From assembly GCA_963833425.1 (NCBI GenBank), contig CAWHXP010000008.1, positions 436,578 to 500,577 on the forward strand: a DNA stretch of 64,000 nucleotides, in the 5' to 3' direction. The first letter of the stretch is position 1. Each line of letters opens with the position of its first letter. Made by a program: the position numbers and the translations under genes. The stretch is from an uncultured Methanosarcinaceae archaeon (GTDB lineage: Archaea > Halobacteriota > Methanosarcinia > Methanosarcinales > Methanosarcinaceae). Positions 21,620 to 33,546 of the stretch are shown one piece after another. The notes under the pieces are model-generated. The model had not been told where the DNA came from and did no database searches. It was given only the letters and a program-made list of their open reading frames with translations.

Positions 21620-22290
21620 CACAATTCGTAAAATCTTGGTGTATGCATAGTGAGTCGAGTTAAATATATAAAAATTCTATAATAACAGCTATTACCAAAA
21701 AGATAAATTTCGATTAGGTCAAAGATAAATCCTGAGCTTTTTTAAAGGTTTAGGAATCACTAAATATCCAAAGATTTATTTATATGCTTAATTTAAAGCG
21801 TTTTTTCAAAAATACCATTCGGAAGCACGTCAAGCTATCATCTAAAAAAAGCTAGTTAAGCTATTAAATAGATAGCCTCCCTTATTTTCGCTGAAGAAAT
21901 TAAGCCCTTAATCAAACTCAGCAAAAAATATAATATACTCATCGATTTCACATATTACCAACATTATGGTGCTACGAATAAAAGTTATTCCATAGCTGGT
22001 AAATTCGTGAAAGATTCGAAAGATCAAAAAAAACAAAAGGGGTCAAAATTCACGCTTTATTAGTTGATGACTTTAATTTCGAACCTAAATTTGGTAGTTG
22101 CTTGAAAATAAGTTACGTTATTTGCATCATCCTGTCAAATGAACACAAAAACATAGAGCATTTCCTAAAAAAACATATTTTTTCTATGGGATCGATTATA
22201 GCTTTCAATTTTTTCATGAAAAACTCAACTTTTATGAAATATTTAGTAAATACAATAAAGTGTTTGGATCTCAATAACTTTTTAATAGGC
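21620..22290 (+). mobile_element. Possible highly decayed ISH3-like transposase relic
   Basis: Short frames ILIDFTYYQHYG and KGVK..FTL resemble ISH3 transposase motifs; no ends identified. Confidence 0.25.
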
Positions 22291-23285
22291 TTAGTGAGCT
22301 ATAAACTCAACGATTATTTAGCACAAATCTGGCAAATTGTGAAATTAGACGAAATTATTGACATATTAAACATGAAGATTCGTTAAAGAGACCGTTACAT
22401 AATTCTTGGAATACTGGGGTAACAAAGAGAAAACACTATTTGATATCCTAACAGTCTATTTATTGTTGGTTATTTGAATAAAAGAATAAAAAATTAAATT
22501 GGACAAATATAGCTATCCTAACACTTGAATCTAGAATTGGTAAGTGGAAATGATAGAAAGAATTTTGAGAAATTTCAGAATTCAATAGATCGCTAATACA
22601 TATGATATATAACTAACAAATATTGGGATTTATCGAAATACTCCAAGTTCCAGTGAAGCAAAAGATTGCTCCTAATTCATCGAAAAATCTTGCCCCTGCC
22701 GCACTCAAACAAGGACCAAAAAAGGGTGAGAAAAATGAAATTAAAAGTATCCTGGGAATAACATCAATCAAATAATTAAAACTGTATTAAATAGGAACTA
22801 TATATCAAAAAAATAATCTTAATTGAAGGAAACCTTGTTTGCTGTGTTTTTGAATTTTGATCGGTGATTATAAATCCAAGAGAATTCCTAGAAAATATTA
22901 CATCATTGAAGAAAAAGTTCATAAATTTTTGATAGCTATAGTTTACTTCATCAGGCAAAGTTATTATATCAATGATATGACATATTCAGCAGATAAGGAT
23001 AGCAAACTGGCTGTGCCTTTCCTATAAGTGGAGCCATTTATCTTTTCATAATCAACTACTTAATTCTCTCTAATAATTTCTTTAATATTTTTCTAATTGT
23101 AGAAATGGTTGAGGAACTAATGAAATTGGGAAATATCGGTAAAATAAATGTATAGACTAAAAAATTTGGATCAGCAAAAAACTTGCTTATAAATATCTAA
23201 TAAAATTCCGGTAACTAGTATCTGGCAGAAAGGGATCATTTCATTCCTGAGATGAAAGATTAAAATAGCGGAAACAGGTGAAGCA

Positions 23286-24479
23286 ATGAAGTATGCCATA
23301 CTTATAGGAGACGGAATGGCTGATTGCCCTATAAAGGAATTGGATGACAAGACCATTCTTCAGGCAGCTCGAATCCCTGCAATGGATTATATTGCAGCAC
23401 ACGGGAAAACCGGGTTTGCCAAAACTATACCTGATGGTTTTTCTCCAGGCAGTGATGTCGCAAATATGTCTATTCTCGGATACGACCCAGCAATCTATTA
23501 CTCAGGGAGGGGGCCTTTGGAAGCTGCCAGTATGGGTGTGCCACTTGCAGCAGAAGACGTGGCTTTTAGATGCAATCTCATAACCGTTGAATCTGGGAGA
23601 ATAAAGGACTTTAGTGCAGGGCATATAAATAGCGATGAAGCAAAAATCCTCATTAAGACACTTGATACAGAACTCAGCACCGAAGAACTGCACTTTTATC
23701 CAGGAATCAGCTATAGACACCTCGTGGTTGCAAGAAATAATCTGGGAGCCGAAACAAAATGCATTCCACCTCATGATATTATAGGCAAAAAAATTCAAAA
23801 GTATCTGCCTAGTGGAATAGATGGTGAGTTTTTTTCCAGATTAATTGAAGCATCTATGATCGTTCTGGAAATGCATCCATCTAACCTTAAGAGGATTGCG
23901 GAAGGAAAAAACCCCGCGAATTCAATCTGGGTATGGGGTCAGGGCCCTGCCCCTAAGTTTACGCCATTTCAAAAGCTTTACGGGAAAACCGGAGCAATTG
24001 TCTCGGCAGTCGATCTTCTTAAAGGCATTGGAATTTGCGCAGGCATGGAAGTAATTGAAGTCCCGGGAGCAACTGGCTACCTGGATACGAATTATGAAGG
24101 AAAGGCCAGTGCTGCCCTTGAAACTCTAAGAACTAAAGATCTTGTTTTCGTTCACGTCGAAGCTCCGGACGAAGCTGGGCACGAAGGAAGCATTGAAAAA
24201 AAGTTAAAGGCTGTTGAAGATTTCGATCGGCGAATAGTAGCTCCCATCCTTAAACAAGCCATGGCTTCAAGGGAACCCTTCCTAATTCTCGTAATGCCCG
24301 ACCATCCGACCCCAATTTCCCTAAAAACCCATACTACAGATCCGATTCCATTTGCGATCTATAGGACCGATGAAAATGATGCTGATAAAACAGAAACTTT
24401 TGATGAGAAGTCAGCTAAAAAGGGTTCTTTGGGCCTGGTAAAGGCTTCTGATCTTATAGGAATGATTCTGAAGACTTAA
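23286..24479 (+). CDS. apgM: Cofactor-independent phosphoglycerate mutase, archaeal type
   Basis: IGDGMAD, PGSDVAN, GRGPLEA, HVEAPDEAGH and PDHPTP motifs. Confidence 0.95.
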   Translation: MKYAILIGDGMADCPIKELDDKTILQAARIPAMDYIAAHGKTGFAKTIPDGFSPGSDVANMSILGYDPAIYYSGRGPLEAASMGVPLAAEDVAFRCNLITVESGRIKDFSAGHINSDEAKILIKTLDTELSTEELHFYPGISYRHLVVARNNLGAETKCIPPHDIIGKKIQKYLPSGIDGEFFSRLIEASMIVLEMHPSNLKRIAEGKNPANSIWVWGQGPAPKFTPFQKLYGKTGAIVSAVDLLKGIGICAGMEVIEVPGATGYLDTNYEGKASAALETLRTKDLVFVHVEAPDEAGHEGSIEKKLKAVEDFDRRIVAPILKQAMASREPFLILVMPDHPTPISLKTHTTDPIPFAIYRTDENDADKTETFDEKSAKKGSLGLVKASDLIGMILKT

Positions 24480-24789
24480 TAAAATAATTTATTTAGCTGG
24501 TTATTTGTCCCTTCCATCCCCAGTCTTATTTTTATTATTTAAAAACTTATCTCCTAAAGTTTTTGGGGATTCTTTATTGCTCATACTCTTTTTGATGCTA
24601 CATTTAGTGAAATTGTTCCGCGGGTCTGGTGCCTGCAATTTGATTTAAAATAATAAAAACCTTAAAATAAATATTAATGAGATTATAACGTTTATTAAGG
24701 TTTTTGTACTTGGATTTATACTAACGACTGACCAAACTCAAATTCTGGCTGATCTCGTGCATCTCCATTTACATCTCGTTGACTCTTGA

Positions 24790-24985
24790 GGATTATGATT
24801 CTTCATTTGAGTATTCAGTATAATGAGTTTTTACGCGACAATGAATATGAAGTTCGTAAACAGGTAAAATGTGCTAGCTATAAAATAGATCTCGCACTTC
24901 CTGATCCTGGCCATTGAGGAAGATACATGCTTGTAATTGAATGCGATAGTGCACAGTACATTTGTTTCATGTAGCCAGCGACCCG
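24790..24985 (+). pseudogene. Fragment of a Vsr/DUF559-like nuclease domain, as found on large SF1 helicase proteins
   Basis: DYDSSFEYSV..FLRDNEYEVRKQVKCASYKIDLALPDPGH*GRYMLVIECDSAQY...VASD resembles the FE..V...QV....IDLA..DP...Y.L.IECDG..YH consensus. Confidence 0.7.
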
Positions 24986-25175
24986 CTAGATTTCATTAGT
25001 TGGATAAAGTATCTTTTAAGAAAACACTTCTTGATGTTTTGATAATGACAGCATCTGTAGAAAGTTATACATTAACAGAATTATGCTCATTTGTTCACGA
25101 ACTTATAAATTTATCGGAAAACTAACACAAGAATAAAGCTTATTAATTTTTCTTAGATACTTTCTGATATCTATA

Positions 25176-26308
25176 GAGAATTTCGATAACCTCCATGCTC
25201 TTGAGCATAGTTGGCTTTAAATTTGTCAATATTTATGTATATTCATGAAAGCTCTTATTGATTTTGCTCTTAAAGAAGAGTATAAACTTCTTGAATCTGT
25301 TGGGGATAAGCTTGCTGAAATTGCTTCCTTAATTGATTGGAAAAAGTTTCTTATTATTCTTGAATCTATGTATATTAACAAAACCATTTCAGGAGGGATA
25401 CCTGAAACTGATGTCATTGTGATGTTCAAAATGCTTGTTTTGCAACAATGGCATAGGCTCTCTGATTTTGAACTTGAGAACAGTGTATAAATCGAATTTC
25501 TTTTAGGAAATTCCTTGGATTTCCGGAATACATACCTTACAGTACTACTGTATGGCTATTTAGGGAGAGAATTATCGAGAATTTCAAAGAAAATATGGGG
25601 GAAGTTGCAAAGCCAACTTGATACTCTGGGTTTACAGATAAAGCAGGGAATGATTCGGGATGCTACTTTTATCCATTCAGATCCAGGACACGCAAAAGCA
25701 GAGAGATGAGGCAAAAACAAGAAGAAGTAGAGACGGAACATGGACAAAGAAGGGAGGTAAGTCTCATTTTGGATATAAGCTTCATAATATAATAGACATA
25801 GATTATGAGCTGATCAGAAGATTCAAAACAACAACTGCGTCCGTACATGGTTCGTATGTAGATTTGACAGAGGAAAATGGAGTGGTTTATAGGGACAGAG
25901 GATACTTTGGAGCAAAAACTAAAGGGTATAATGTAACAATGAAGAGAGCGGTCAAAGGACATACGCTAGGAATAAAGGATTTATTAAGAAATAAGAGAAT
26001 TGGCTCAAAAAGAGTCCCAGGAGAAAGAGTTTATTCAGTAACGAATGAAATTTTCAAAGCAGGAAGAGTTTTTGTTACTACTGTTAAAAGAGTAAATCTA
26101 AAAATGTTGTTTACGGCTTTTTGTTATAATCTCCATCAATTGAGGAAATTGAAAATAAAAAAAGTATATTGAAGATAGCGGAAGCTATCTTTAAAATCAA
26201 AGAATTGAGAATAAGTAAAGCCAAAAAGAGGAATTAAAGAGAGAAATTGAGGGGAAGATATGAGAAATCACTGCTAAGAAATAAAATCCGAAGTTTATCG
26301 AAATCCTC
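25176..26308 (+). mobile_element. IS5-family insertion sequence, frameshifted transposase (copy 2)
   Basis: GAGAATTTCGATAA...TTATCGAAATCCTC TIRs; ORFs 25245-25490, 25515-25709 and 25660-26172; flanks TATA/TTAA. Confidence 0.93.
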
Positions 26309-26466
26309 TTAAATTTTTGGTTTGTGAAAGAGAATTTTTCGACAGGTATTTTATCGCGATGATTTAAAAAAGCGATCTGAAGGGAGTAAATAAAAGTGTT
26401 GAGTAAACAGCTCATCGCCGCTTTGCATAGAGTGGTAATATTTTTCAGCTGAAAAGTTACGACACA

Positions 26467-26597
26467 CTTTCTGCAAATATGGCCAAGAGCATCACATATT
26501 TTCTCAATATGACAGTAGCTTAAAAATTAATCTAACTTTAATAAAAATTATAGGCAAGTAGGAAACAGATTTTGGAATTGTATACATATGCTGAATG
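26467..26597. mobile_element. MITE family B
   Basis: CTTTCTGCAAATATG...TTCTCAATATGACAGTAGCTTAAAAATTAATCTAACTTT...TGTATACATATGCTGAATG. Confidence 0.7.
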
Positions 26598-28833
26598 CTA
26601 AAACTATCTTTAAATAAAATAACCAGGTTCCAGAAATAAAAAAAGTAAATGAACAAAATAGATGAAAGGATTTTGATAGGATTCCGTGAGAAAAAATTCA
26701 AGGCTAATTGGAATCCTTAAAGTTTTTTTGTAGATTAAAATTGTAAGCAGGATAATTAATCACATATAATACTTTATAATTAGGATAAAAATTAACGAAA
26801 CTACAAGTAAAAAATATTAATTTAAACCATAGCTAATTATATATATTTTATTTTTAAATAATCAATTACTTGCAAGTACGCAAGATAAAGTATAATAATA
26901 TATAATATCAATAATAATCACAAAATAGACCTATGTGTTTTGTGGCATCTATGAATCCACTAGGCTACACTATATCGGCATAAATTAAATATATAATTAT
27001 AGTTTTATACTACGTTGGGAAAATACGATTATAAAGAATTAATATACACCCCCTGTAAGCTTCATAACTATAGAATTCGTGCATTTTAGATACGGAATCA
27101 AACTCAGTAGACTTACTAGTTCAAACATACATTTTAAACAGTAAAGTTTTAATGCGACTGATTTTTCAGCTTAATTTCATAAGCACGAAAAGATATTTTT
27201 TTAACAATTATTAAATATTATATACAATTAATAATCAGAAATTCTAAATTTATTATTTTAAATATCCATTCAAATATATTTAGTTTAATAGATTTTATTA
27301 ATAACATATATTTTAGTATATACATTAATTTATAGTTTCAATAATCTCTATGTTACTTGCGTAATAACAATTAATTCAATCAACAGATATAATATATAAT
27401 AGAATATAATATTCAAAAATACATTTTCTAAGATGTAATGGTAAATTTTGTATAAATTGGACAAATTAAAAAAAAGTTATAGAATATATAATCATTAATT
27501 ATACAATAATTTACAGGTGATCTTATAAACAATATATATTTAAAAAATACTATTTAAATATTAATTTATAAGAGTAGATTAATAAAATAATATTTGACTG
27601 ACTGATGATAGACTATTATTACTTATTTAGATTATATAAATATAGTTACATAATATCTTGAAATGACCTCGGCGTAGTTACCCATAAGAAACTAAATAAG
27701 AGACAAAAAAATACATGATTCACAGCTCTACTCACAAAAAATATTTCTGAGATTTAAATCCATTTTGAGGATTTTGTTAATTCTATCTCTTGCTTATAAG
27801 TCGTAAATCGGGTAACAAGCTTTTAAGTTTTTGAAAATGAAAGATATCATTTGTTGTTCTGTTAATTTTAAATTTTTGTATTATAAATTTTGCTTTTTGA
27901 ATTAATTTTAGCGCTATATCGATGTTCAGGAAAATAATTCAATAGACTATAGGAATCAATATTGCAGTTTACATAATTTTACATTTAACCCCCGATTTTG
28001 TGAAGTCAACCATCCCAAAGACTATGTGAATATGTATATTTTGGCCGACAAACCCCCCATTAAATGAAAAAAAACATCTAGAAAAACATATTAATTAATT
28101 GGAGCTAATTATACATAGAGACTATATGTATTACTGAACATATTATCTGTGGCCGGGAAAACAAAAATACATCCAAAGATCTAATTTCAAAAAATAGTTA
28201 AATTACCTTGGCCTTGTTGTTAACTATTCTTCCCTTTTGGACTATACGTTTTTATAATAACTTAAATCAAAGCGTCTATACTCCGTCAGTGAAATTAAGG
28301 TAGAAAAATGCAGTATTAAATGAGAACTGGAATTTAAAAAAAGACCTGTTTTTTAAATAATATTCAAACTATGTACATCTCTAAGATATATAATCGAGTT
28401 CTGGTTAGGCAGTATACTATTTTTATACAATAATAACTTTTAAAACCCTTGGAAAAAAATTGGGCATAAAGAACTAAATTACAAGCATCAAGTGTAAATT
28501 TGAGTTAAAATTTAACCCAAATTTGCGATATTTCCAGATTAATCGATCTAACGACAAATTTGTCTCAAAAAAGTAGCTTAAAAATCTAAGATTTATGATA
28601 CATATTAGTAAATATTTTTAATAAATTTTTTTGTACTCTATTATAAAAGATATATTTTCTAGTCTCGGTATTTTGGATCTTTAAGCAGGATCAAATAAAT
28701 GCATTTCCATTAAAATAAAATTTTAAAATGTAATTCTAATTAGATACACGTACTAATACTTAATTTCAATATTTTTATACAGAATAAAGTTAGTGAATTG
28801 AAATAGATAAAGTCACTAAATTAAGTGACTTGA

Positions 28834-29298
28834 CTATACTTCTAATCGTATCTCAAATATTTCTTCAAATAATTTGTATTTTTTCCGTGCTTTATATAAA
28901 TACTGACGAATTGGAGTTTCATTTCTTGTCTTGGCAAAAAGAGCTTCAATTTCTCCTCTGGAAAAAACAGCTTGAAGCTTTTTAATGGATATTTTCTCGA
29001 GCTCGTTGCTGTCTTTAATTACCAGATTGTTGATTGTAATTGGGACTGGGAGCAAAGATAATGGAGCTTCATCAATCCAGCTCCATTCCAAGTTGTAGAT
29101 GTTTGCGTAAAAAGTTCCACAGGAAACACATTTTGTTACAACCACATTTGTCTGACTTACAGAGTGGTAACTAAGGCTAACAAGCATTGCAGAACAGCTA
29201 CTACAGCTTCCTATCTCATTTTCTCCCAGGTCGTACGCAGGAATTCGGTTTTCTCCAATGCAGAGATTATTGTTCACAAGATCGTACTTATATCCCAT
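28834..29298 (-). CDS. Hypothetical protein with a Zn-ribbon (two CxxC pairs)
   Basis: CSSC and CVSC pairs; start placed at MGYKYDL (could extend to 29337). Confidence 0.8.
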   Translation of the reverse strand: MGYKYDLVNNNLCIGENRIPAYDLGENEIGSCSSCSAMLVSLSYHSVSQTNVVVTKCVSCGTFYANIYNLEWSWIDEAPLSLLPVPITINNLVIKDSNELEKISIKKLQAVFSRGEIEALFAKTRNETPIRQYLYKARKKYKLFEEIFEIRLEV

Positions 29299-30186
29299 TT
29301 GATCAACTCTTGGAGGAGGGCGGAGATTCGTAATCAAAATTATTAGCCATCGTGCTTTTTTGATTTTTATTTACTTCTTTGGTCTAAGGTTATTAACTTA
29401 TTAATATTAAACCCTATGAACAGATGAATTCGTCTTCAGCGTTTTCAGCCATTCTACAAATTTTCACTTTCTTTCTTCAAAGTGTCGAGATATGCGGGAA
29501 TGAACTGCAAAATTCTTTTAGAGTGAACTTTGGAAAAGTAGATTTACTAACGCCAGTTTTATTGCTATTCTTTATAAAAAAGTAGCAATTTCAAGCTTTG
29601 AGAAATAACCATATTATGAGCTGATATTCCTTTTAAGTTTATATAATTTGAGATCCTACAGCTATTTTGAACAAAAATTTTGTTAAAATATTTTTCGAAG
29701 ACTGATATGCATTGGTCATTAAGCACAAATTTAGAAACTTTTGATCCTGCACTGAGTTTTTGAATTGTTGCTGTAAATTCCAAGTGAACTGATAGTAGAA
29801 TATGGTGAACCAGAAATATTGAAAATTTTTATACAAATGAGTTTTCACCGCATCATGTAATTGCTCAAATCAAATTTTTCTAAGCTTATACAAGACCTCT
29901 TTTACTAGTTTTTCTGGATTTTATGCTAGGAGGTTTATATCCGAAGTGTGACTACCCGTTTTTCCGGATTCTGTCTATGCCTACTTGTTTTTGCTTTATT
30001 TTCTGGAGGTCCATTCTCTTTTACATTTCATGAATCTAAATATTTAAAAGTAGCTTTACGAATCAACTCATTTATTATTTTCAAACCAAGTAATCAAGTT
30101 GGCTTCCTTCAGGGAGAATAAATTTACAAATCTATATATAGAACTACAACTGACATAGTTTACTAAAGCAGTAAAGGTGGTAATTA

Positions 30187-30504
30187 ATGGTATCCATCCG
30201 AGCTAAAATTAATTCCAGATTAGAGAAATTTCTAGAAGTAGATTACAGTGGATATCGAAGAGCTATATTATGCTTTTTCATCCAAGTAAAAAAAACAACT
30301 ATCGATGAACTGCATGAAATGCTATGTGGTAAGTATAGTGTTTCAAGAAACACAGTTGCATCTATGGTAGGATACATTCATTCGAAACTCGGAATTTTGA
30401 GAGCACACAAAGAATCATATAAAACCCCAATGGTTTACTTCCTGAGAGAAGAATATATGGATCTACTTATGAAGATCGTAACCCCATCTAAAAATTCTAC
30501 TTGA
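30187..30504 (+). CDS. DUF2551-like small winged-helix protein
   Basis: GGTGG RBS; VASMVGYIHSKLGIL motif recalled from methanogen DUF2551 proteins. Confidence 0.8.
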   Translation: MVSIRAKINSRLEKFLEVDYSGYRRAILCFFIQVKKTTIDELHEMLCGKYSVSRNTVASMVGYIHSKLGILRAHKESYKTPMVYFLREEYMDLLMKIVTPSKNST

Positions 30505-30552
30505 TCAATTTTCTAAGAAATTCAAGTTTTCATTTATAATTGCCTGATTAAA

Positions 30553-30957
30553 ATGTCAATTGTGAAAAACGCACCCAGAACAGCAACCACTATCGTAGTA
30601 AGATCAGATGCCAATGCACGCATAAGTCATTCAAGAGACCCATATTACAGCCTTATGCGACGTGTTTTTCAGGACGAAACTACTGCTGCTAGGGGTCAAA
30701 AGTTTTTGATAATAATTGAAGAGCGGCAAGCTGCAGGAGAAGCAATTCGGACTGAAGAATGGAAGACCCTTCTGGAAGAACTGCAGATAAGTCGCGCCTC
30801 ATTTTACGCAATGCGCAACAAGTTACTCGGAGCTGGGCTAATCTCAATAAAAAATAAAGAATACAGGCTTTCAGGTCAGTTCTCAAGGGATCTTATGGAT
30901 ATGGCTCGATGGTGGTGGACAGTAGTTCTTAATCAGCCAGGAGAAATTCTATACTAA
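30553..30957 (+). CDS. Hypothetical protein, probable winged HTH
   Basis: Clean 134-aa ORF; ELQISRASFYAMRNKLLGAGLI HTH-like segment. Confidence 0.8.
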   Translation: MSIVKNAPRTATTIVVRSDANARISHSRDPYYSLMRRVFQDETTAARGQKFLIIIEERQAAGEAIRTEEWKTLLEELQISRASFYAMRNKLLGAGLISIKNKEYRLSGQFSRDLMDMARWWWTVVLNQPGEILY

Positions 30958-31090
30958 AGAGTAAGATCTTTTCTTTGAGATTTAATTTCGATATACAGAA
31001 ACTTCAACAGAAAACTATATATATATAATTATCCCTTAGAAGAAGTACTCCAGAGAGAATAAAATTCACTACATAGCGAAAAATCATTGA

Positions 31091-31163
31091 AGCCCGGTAG
31101 TGTAGTGGTCAATCATGCGGGACTCTGGATCCTGCAACCTCGGTTCGAATCCGTGCCGGGCTA
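31091..31163 (+). tRNA. tRNA-Gln (anticodon CTG)
   Basis: Acceptor AGCCCGG/CCGGGCT+A, anticodon arm CGGGA-CTCTGGA-TCCTG, T-loop GGTTCGAATCC; no intron, CCA not fully encoded. Confidence 0.96.
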
Positions 31164-31203
31164 CCTATTTTGTAAGCAACCTTGCTTTTTTTACTCACGG
31201 TAA

Positions 31204-32262
31204 CCGTTTTGTGGGAAACTTTTTAATTTTGCATAATCACAATATTCAAGGAAATATTTTGATCGTGTTTTGTATTTTGTTATGAGTACTACCGATAGGA
31301 TGAAAATAAGACTTTTATAATTTTCTTGATTTTTTATCGAGTGCAGTCGATTGTCGATTAATTAATGGTAATTTTGGCGGTCGAATAGCTATCGAAAGTA
31401 TCATGAAAAATATGCAAGGTTTCTATATGACCAAAAAATTTTCTGGTGCTTGCTATGGAGAATTTCTATAAATTCCTATGCATCGATCATTGGTTAGTTC
31501 AAATTTTCCAATATTATTTTACTCATGGAAAATTTTATTGATTTTGCCTTAAAGAAGAATGCAAAAGCCTTCTGTCGGTTGGAAACAAAATGGCTGAAAT
31601 TTATTACGCATTTGATTTGAAATCTTTCATATCATTTTTGAGTCTATGTATTTTAACAAAACAATGTTAAACAGGCCTAAAACAGATGTAATCGTTATGT
31701 CTAAAATGTTTGTTTCACGTAATGCACGGTCTTTCAGGCTTTGAACTTGAGAAACAATGAATTAACTGACGTTCTTTTAGGAAATTTCTTGGTTTTCCTT
31801 AGTGTATACCAGATAGTAACACAATTTTATCATTAAGAAAAGAATTGTCAATAACTGCAAAGAGGAAATATGTTAATAAGTGCGAATCCAATTCAATTTC
31901 CTTTGTTTGGAAATAATAAATCAATTGATTCAGAAGCTACTTTTATTCATTTCCTAGACGTACAAAAGAAAATAAACAGCAGGAAAATGAGCAAAAAAAG
32001 GGAGAAGTAGGAAAAATTCTTGTTACTTATGTTCAAAGACTGGTCAGAAGATGTTGTGTATCTTTTTTTATCACAATTAATTGATGACCTTGAAAATAAA
32101 AGAATATTTAAGGCTAGCAGGAGCTATCTTCAAAATCAAAAATAATTTTAGAAAATATTTTAAAAGTCACTTGTCCACTATTTTCAGTAACCCATGAACA
32201 CGATCAAAATATTTCCTTGAATATTGTGATTATGCAAAATTAAAAAGTTTCCCACAAAACGG
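31204..32262. repeat. Perfect 66-bp inverted repeat (31204-31269 and 32197-32262)
   Basis: CCGTTTTGTGGGAAACTTTTTAATTTTGCATAATCACAATATTCAAGGAAATATTTTGATCGTGTT and its exact reverse complement. Confidence 0.95.
31458..32140 (+). mobile_element. Old, heavily decayed and internally deleted IS5-family copy
   Basis: Left end GAGAATTTCTATAA, then MENFIDFALKEE..., DVIVMSKM..., FRKFLGF... alignable to copies 1-3 with many stops. Confidence 0.8.
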
Positions 32263-32266
32263 GAAA
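32235..32266 (-). terminator. Stem-loop plus oligo-T terminator of the beta-helix gene
   Basis: Minus strand TTTCCC-GTTTTGT-GGGAAA then CTTTTTAATTTT, about 12 nt after the stop at 32278. Confidence 0.6.
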
Positions 32267-32277
32267 GTTTCTAAGTC

Positions 32278-33163
32278 CTAGGTAGAATTATCATGAATAT
32301 TTACATTGATTTCGTTAGCATGTACATGTGCAATTGCAGGGCCAGCTAAATCATGAAAATTGTTGCCATAAACTTCAGTATTTGAAACAGTCCCTTCTAA
32401 TTCTAAACCCGCATATCCACCGCCAGATGTAGTACATTCATTATTTGCAAACACGCCATTGGTAACCTTATAGAATCGACACGATGAATTAGTCCTGTTG
32501 ATAAATCTACTGTTTATAACTTTAATACCAGTAACATCATAAGCACTTATGCCATCATGTCCACATTTGTTTACAGTTACTTTATCTATTCTTATATTGC
32601 TACATTTATTGACAAGAACAGCATCATTGCACCCATTCTTGAATGTAACATCATGAATCGTTAATCCATTACAACCCACCAAAGTTGCCATGTTATAACA
32701 TGAGGTTCCGAGCCTTATATTTGGATAATAGTCTGCCTGGCTACCATCGACAATTAAGTTTTTTATTATAATATTGGTTGCTGAATTGTCTTTAATCATA
32801 ATCATAGCTTTTTCGTCTGCGATATTACTACTGGCGTCCACCCCATACAGATAATCCTGGAGCAAGTTTAATTTTTGCACCTGGATCTCCTTCAAGGATT
32901 GTATTGCTGCCGATTTGAAGAGTATCGCTTATGTAGTACGTGAACTGGCCTTTAAGGCGGACAGTTGTGCCTGGGTTATCAGCAGCATATTCAAGTGCCT
33001 TGTTAATCTGGACTTGATCGTCTTTTCCGTCACAAATAAAGTTTCCGCTTCCATCTCCTGATACCGTTATAGTTCGTGTGTTATGGCCGCCTAACGCAGC
33101 TGGTACGGTTGTTAAAATAAGGCATGTTACTAGGAACGAGGTCCCTAGCTGTCTCTTTAGCAT
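32278..33163 (-). pseudogene. Secreted right-handed parallel beta-helix protein (disaggregatase-related type), one frameshift
   Basis: Signal peptide plus DGSGNFICDGKDDQVQINKAL (ORF 32828-33163) continues in another frame as beta-helix repeats (ORF 32278-32895); shift near 32835. Confidence 0.85.
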
Positions 33164-33364
33164 CGTATCACCTTTGGGTTGGGATTTTAGAGTTTTGAGT
33201 AAACTACAAAAATTTAGGATTTTTGTATCTTTTTTCCAAAAGCTGATAAGTTGTTAAAATAAGGTATTTATCAGGAACAAAATTCCTAATGCTCTTTTCA
33301 GCACCATATAGCTTCTGGTTTTCTATCTATGGGAATTAAAGTGTAATCAAAACTTCATAGCCCA

Positions 33365-33497
33365 CATTCTGCAGATGTACACAAAAATGCCATATGTTTT
33401 CTAATATGACAGTGGCTTTAAAAAAAATCTAACTTTCAATGAATAATAGTGAGCTGATAGGCAAACAGATACCACATCTGTGCATATATGCAGAATA
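33365..33497. mobile_element. MITE family B
   Basis: CATTCTGCAGATGTACAC...TGTGCATATATGCAGAAT terminal inverted repeats; internal core shared with 3 other copies. Confidence 0.72.
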
Positions 33498-33546
33498 TAG
33501 ATTATGGGAAATTTACATCTTTTTTCCCAGATTTCTCTCAAATTCC

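Noticed and set aside
26600..28830. Replication origin
   Set aside because: No ORB repeats or adjacent cdc6/orc1 gene recognised.
31091..31163. tRNA-anchored integrated element
   Set aside because: I saw no integrase and no duplicated tRNA 3' end in the window.
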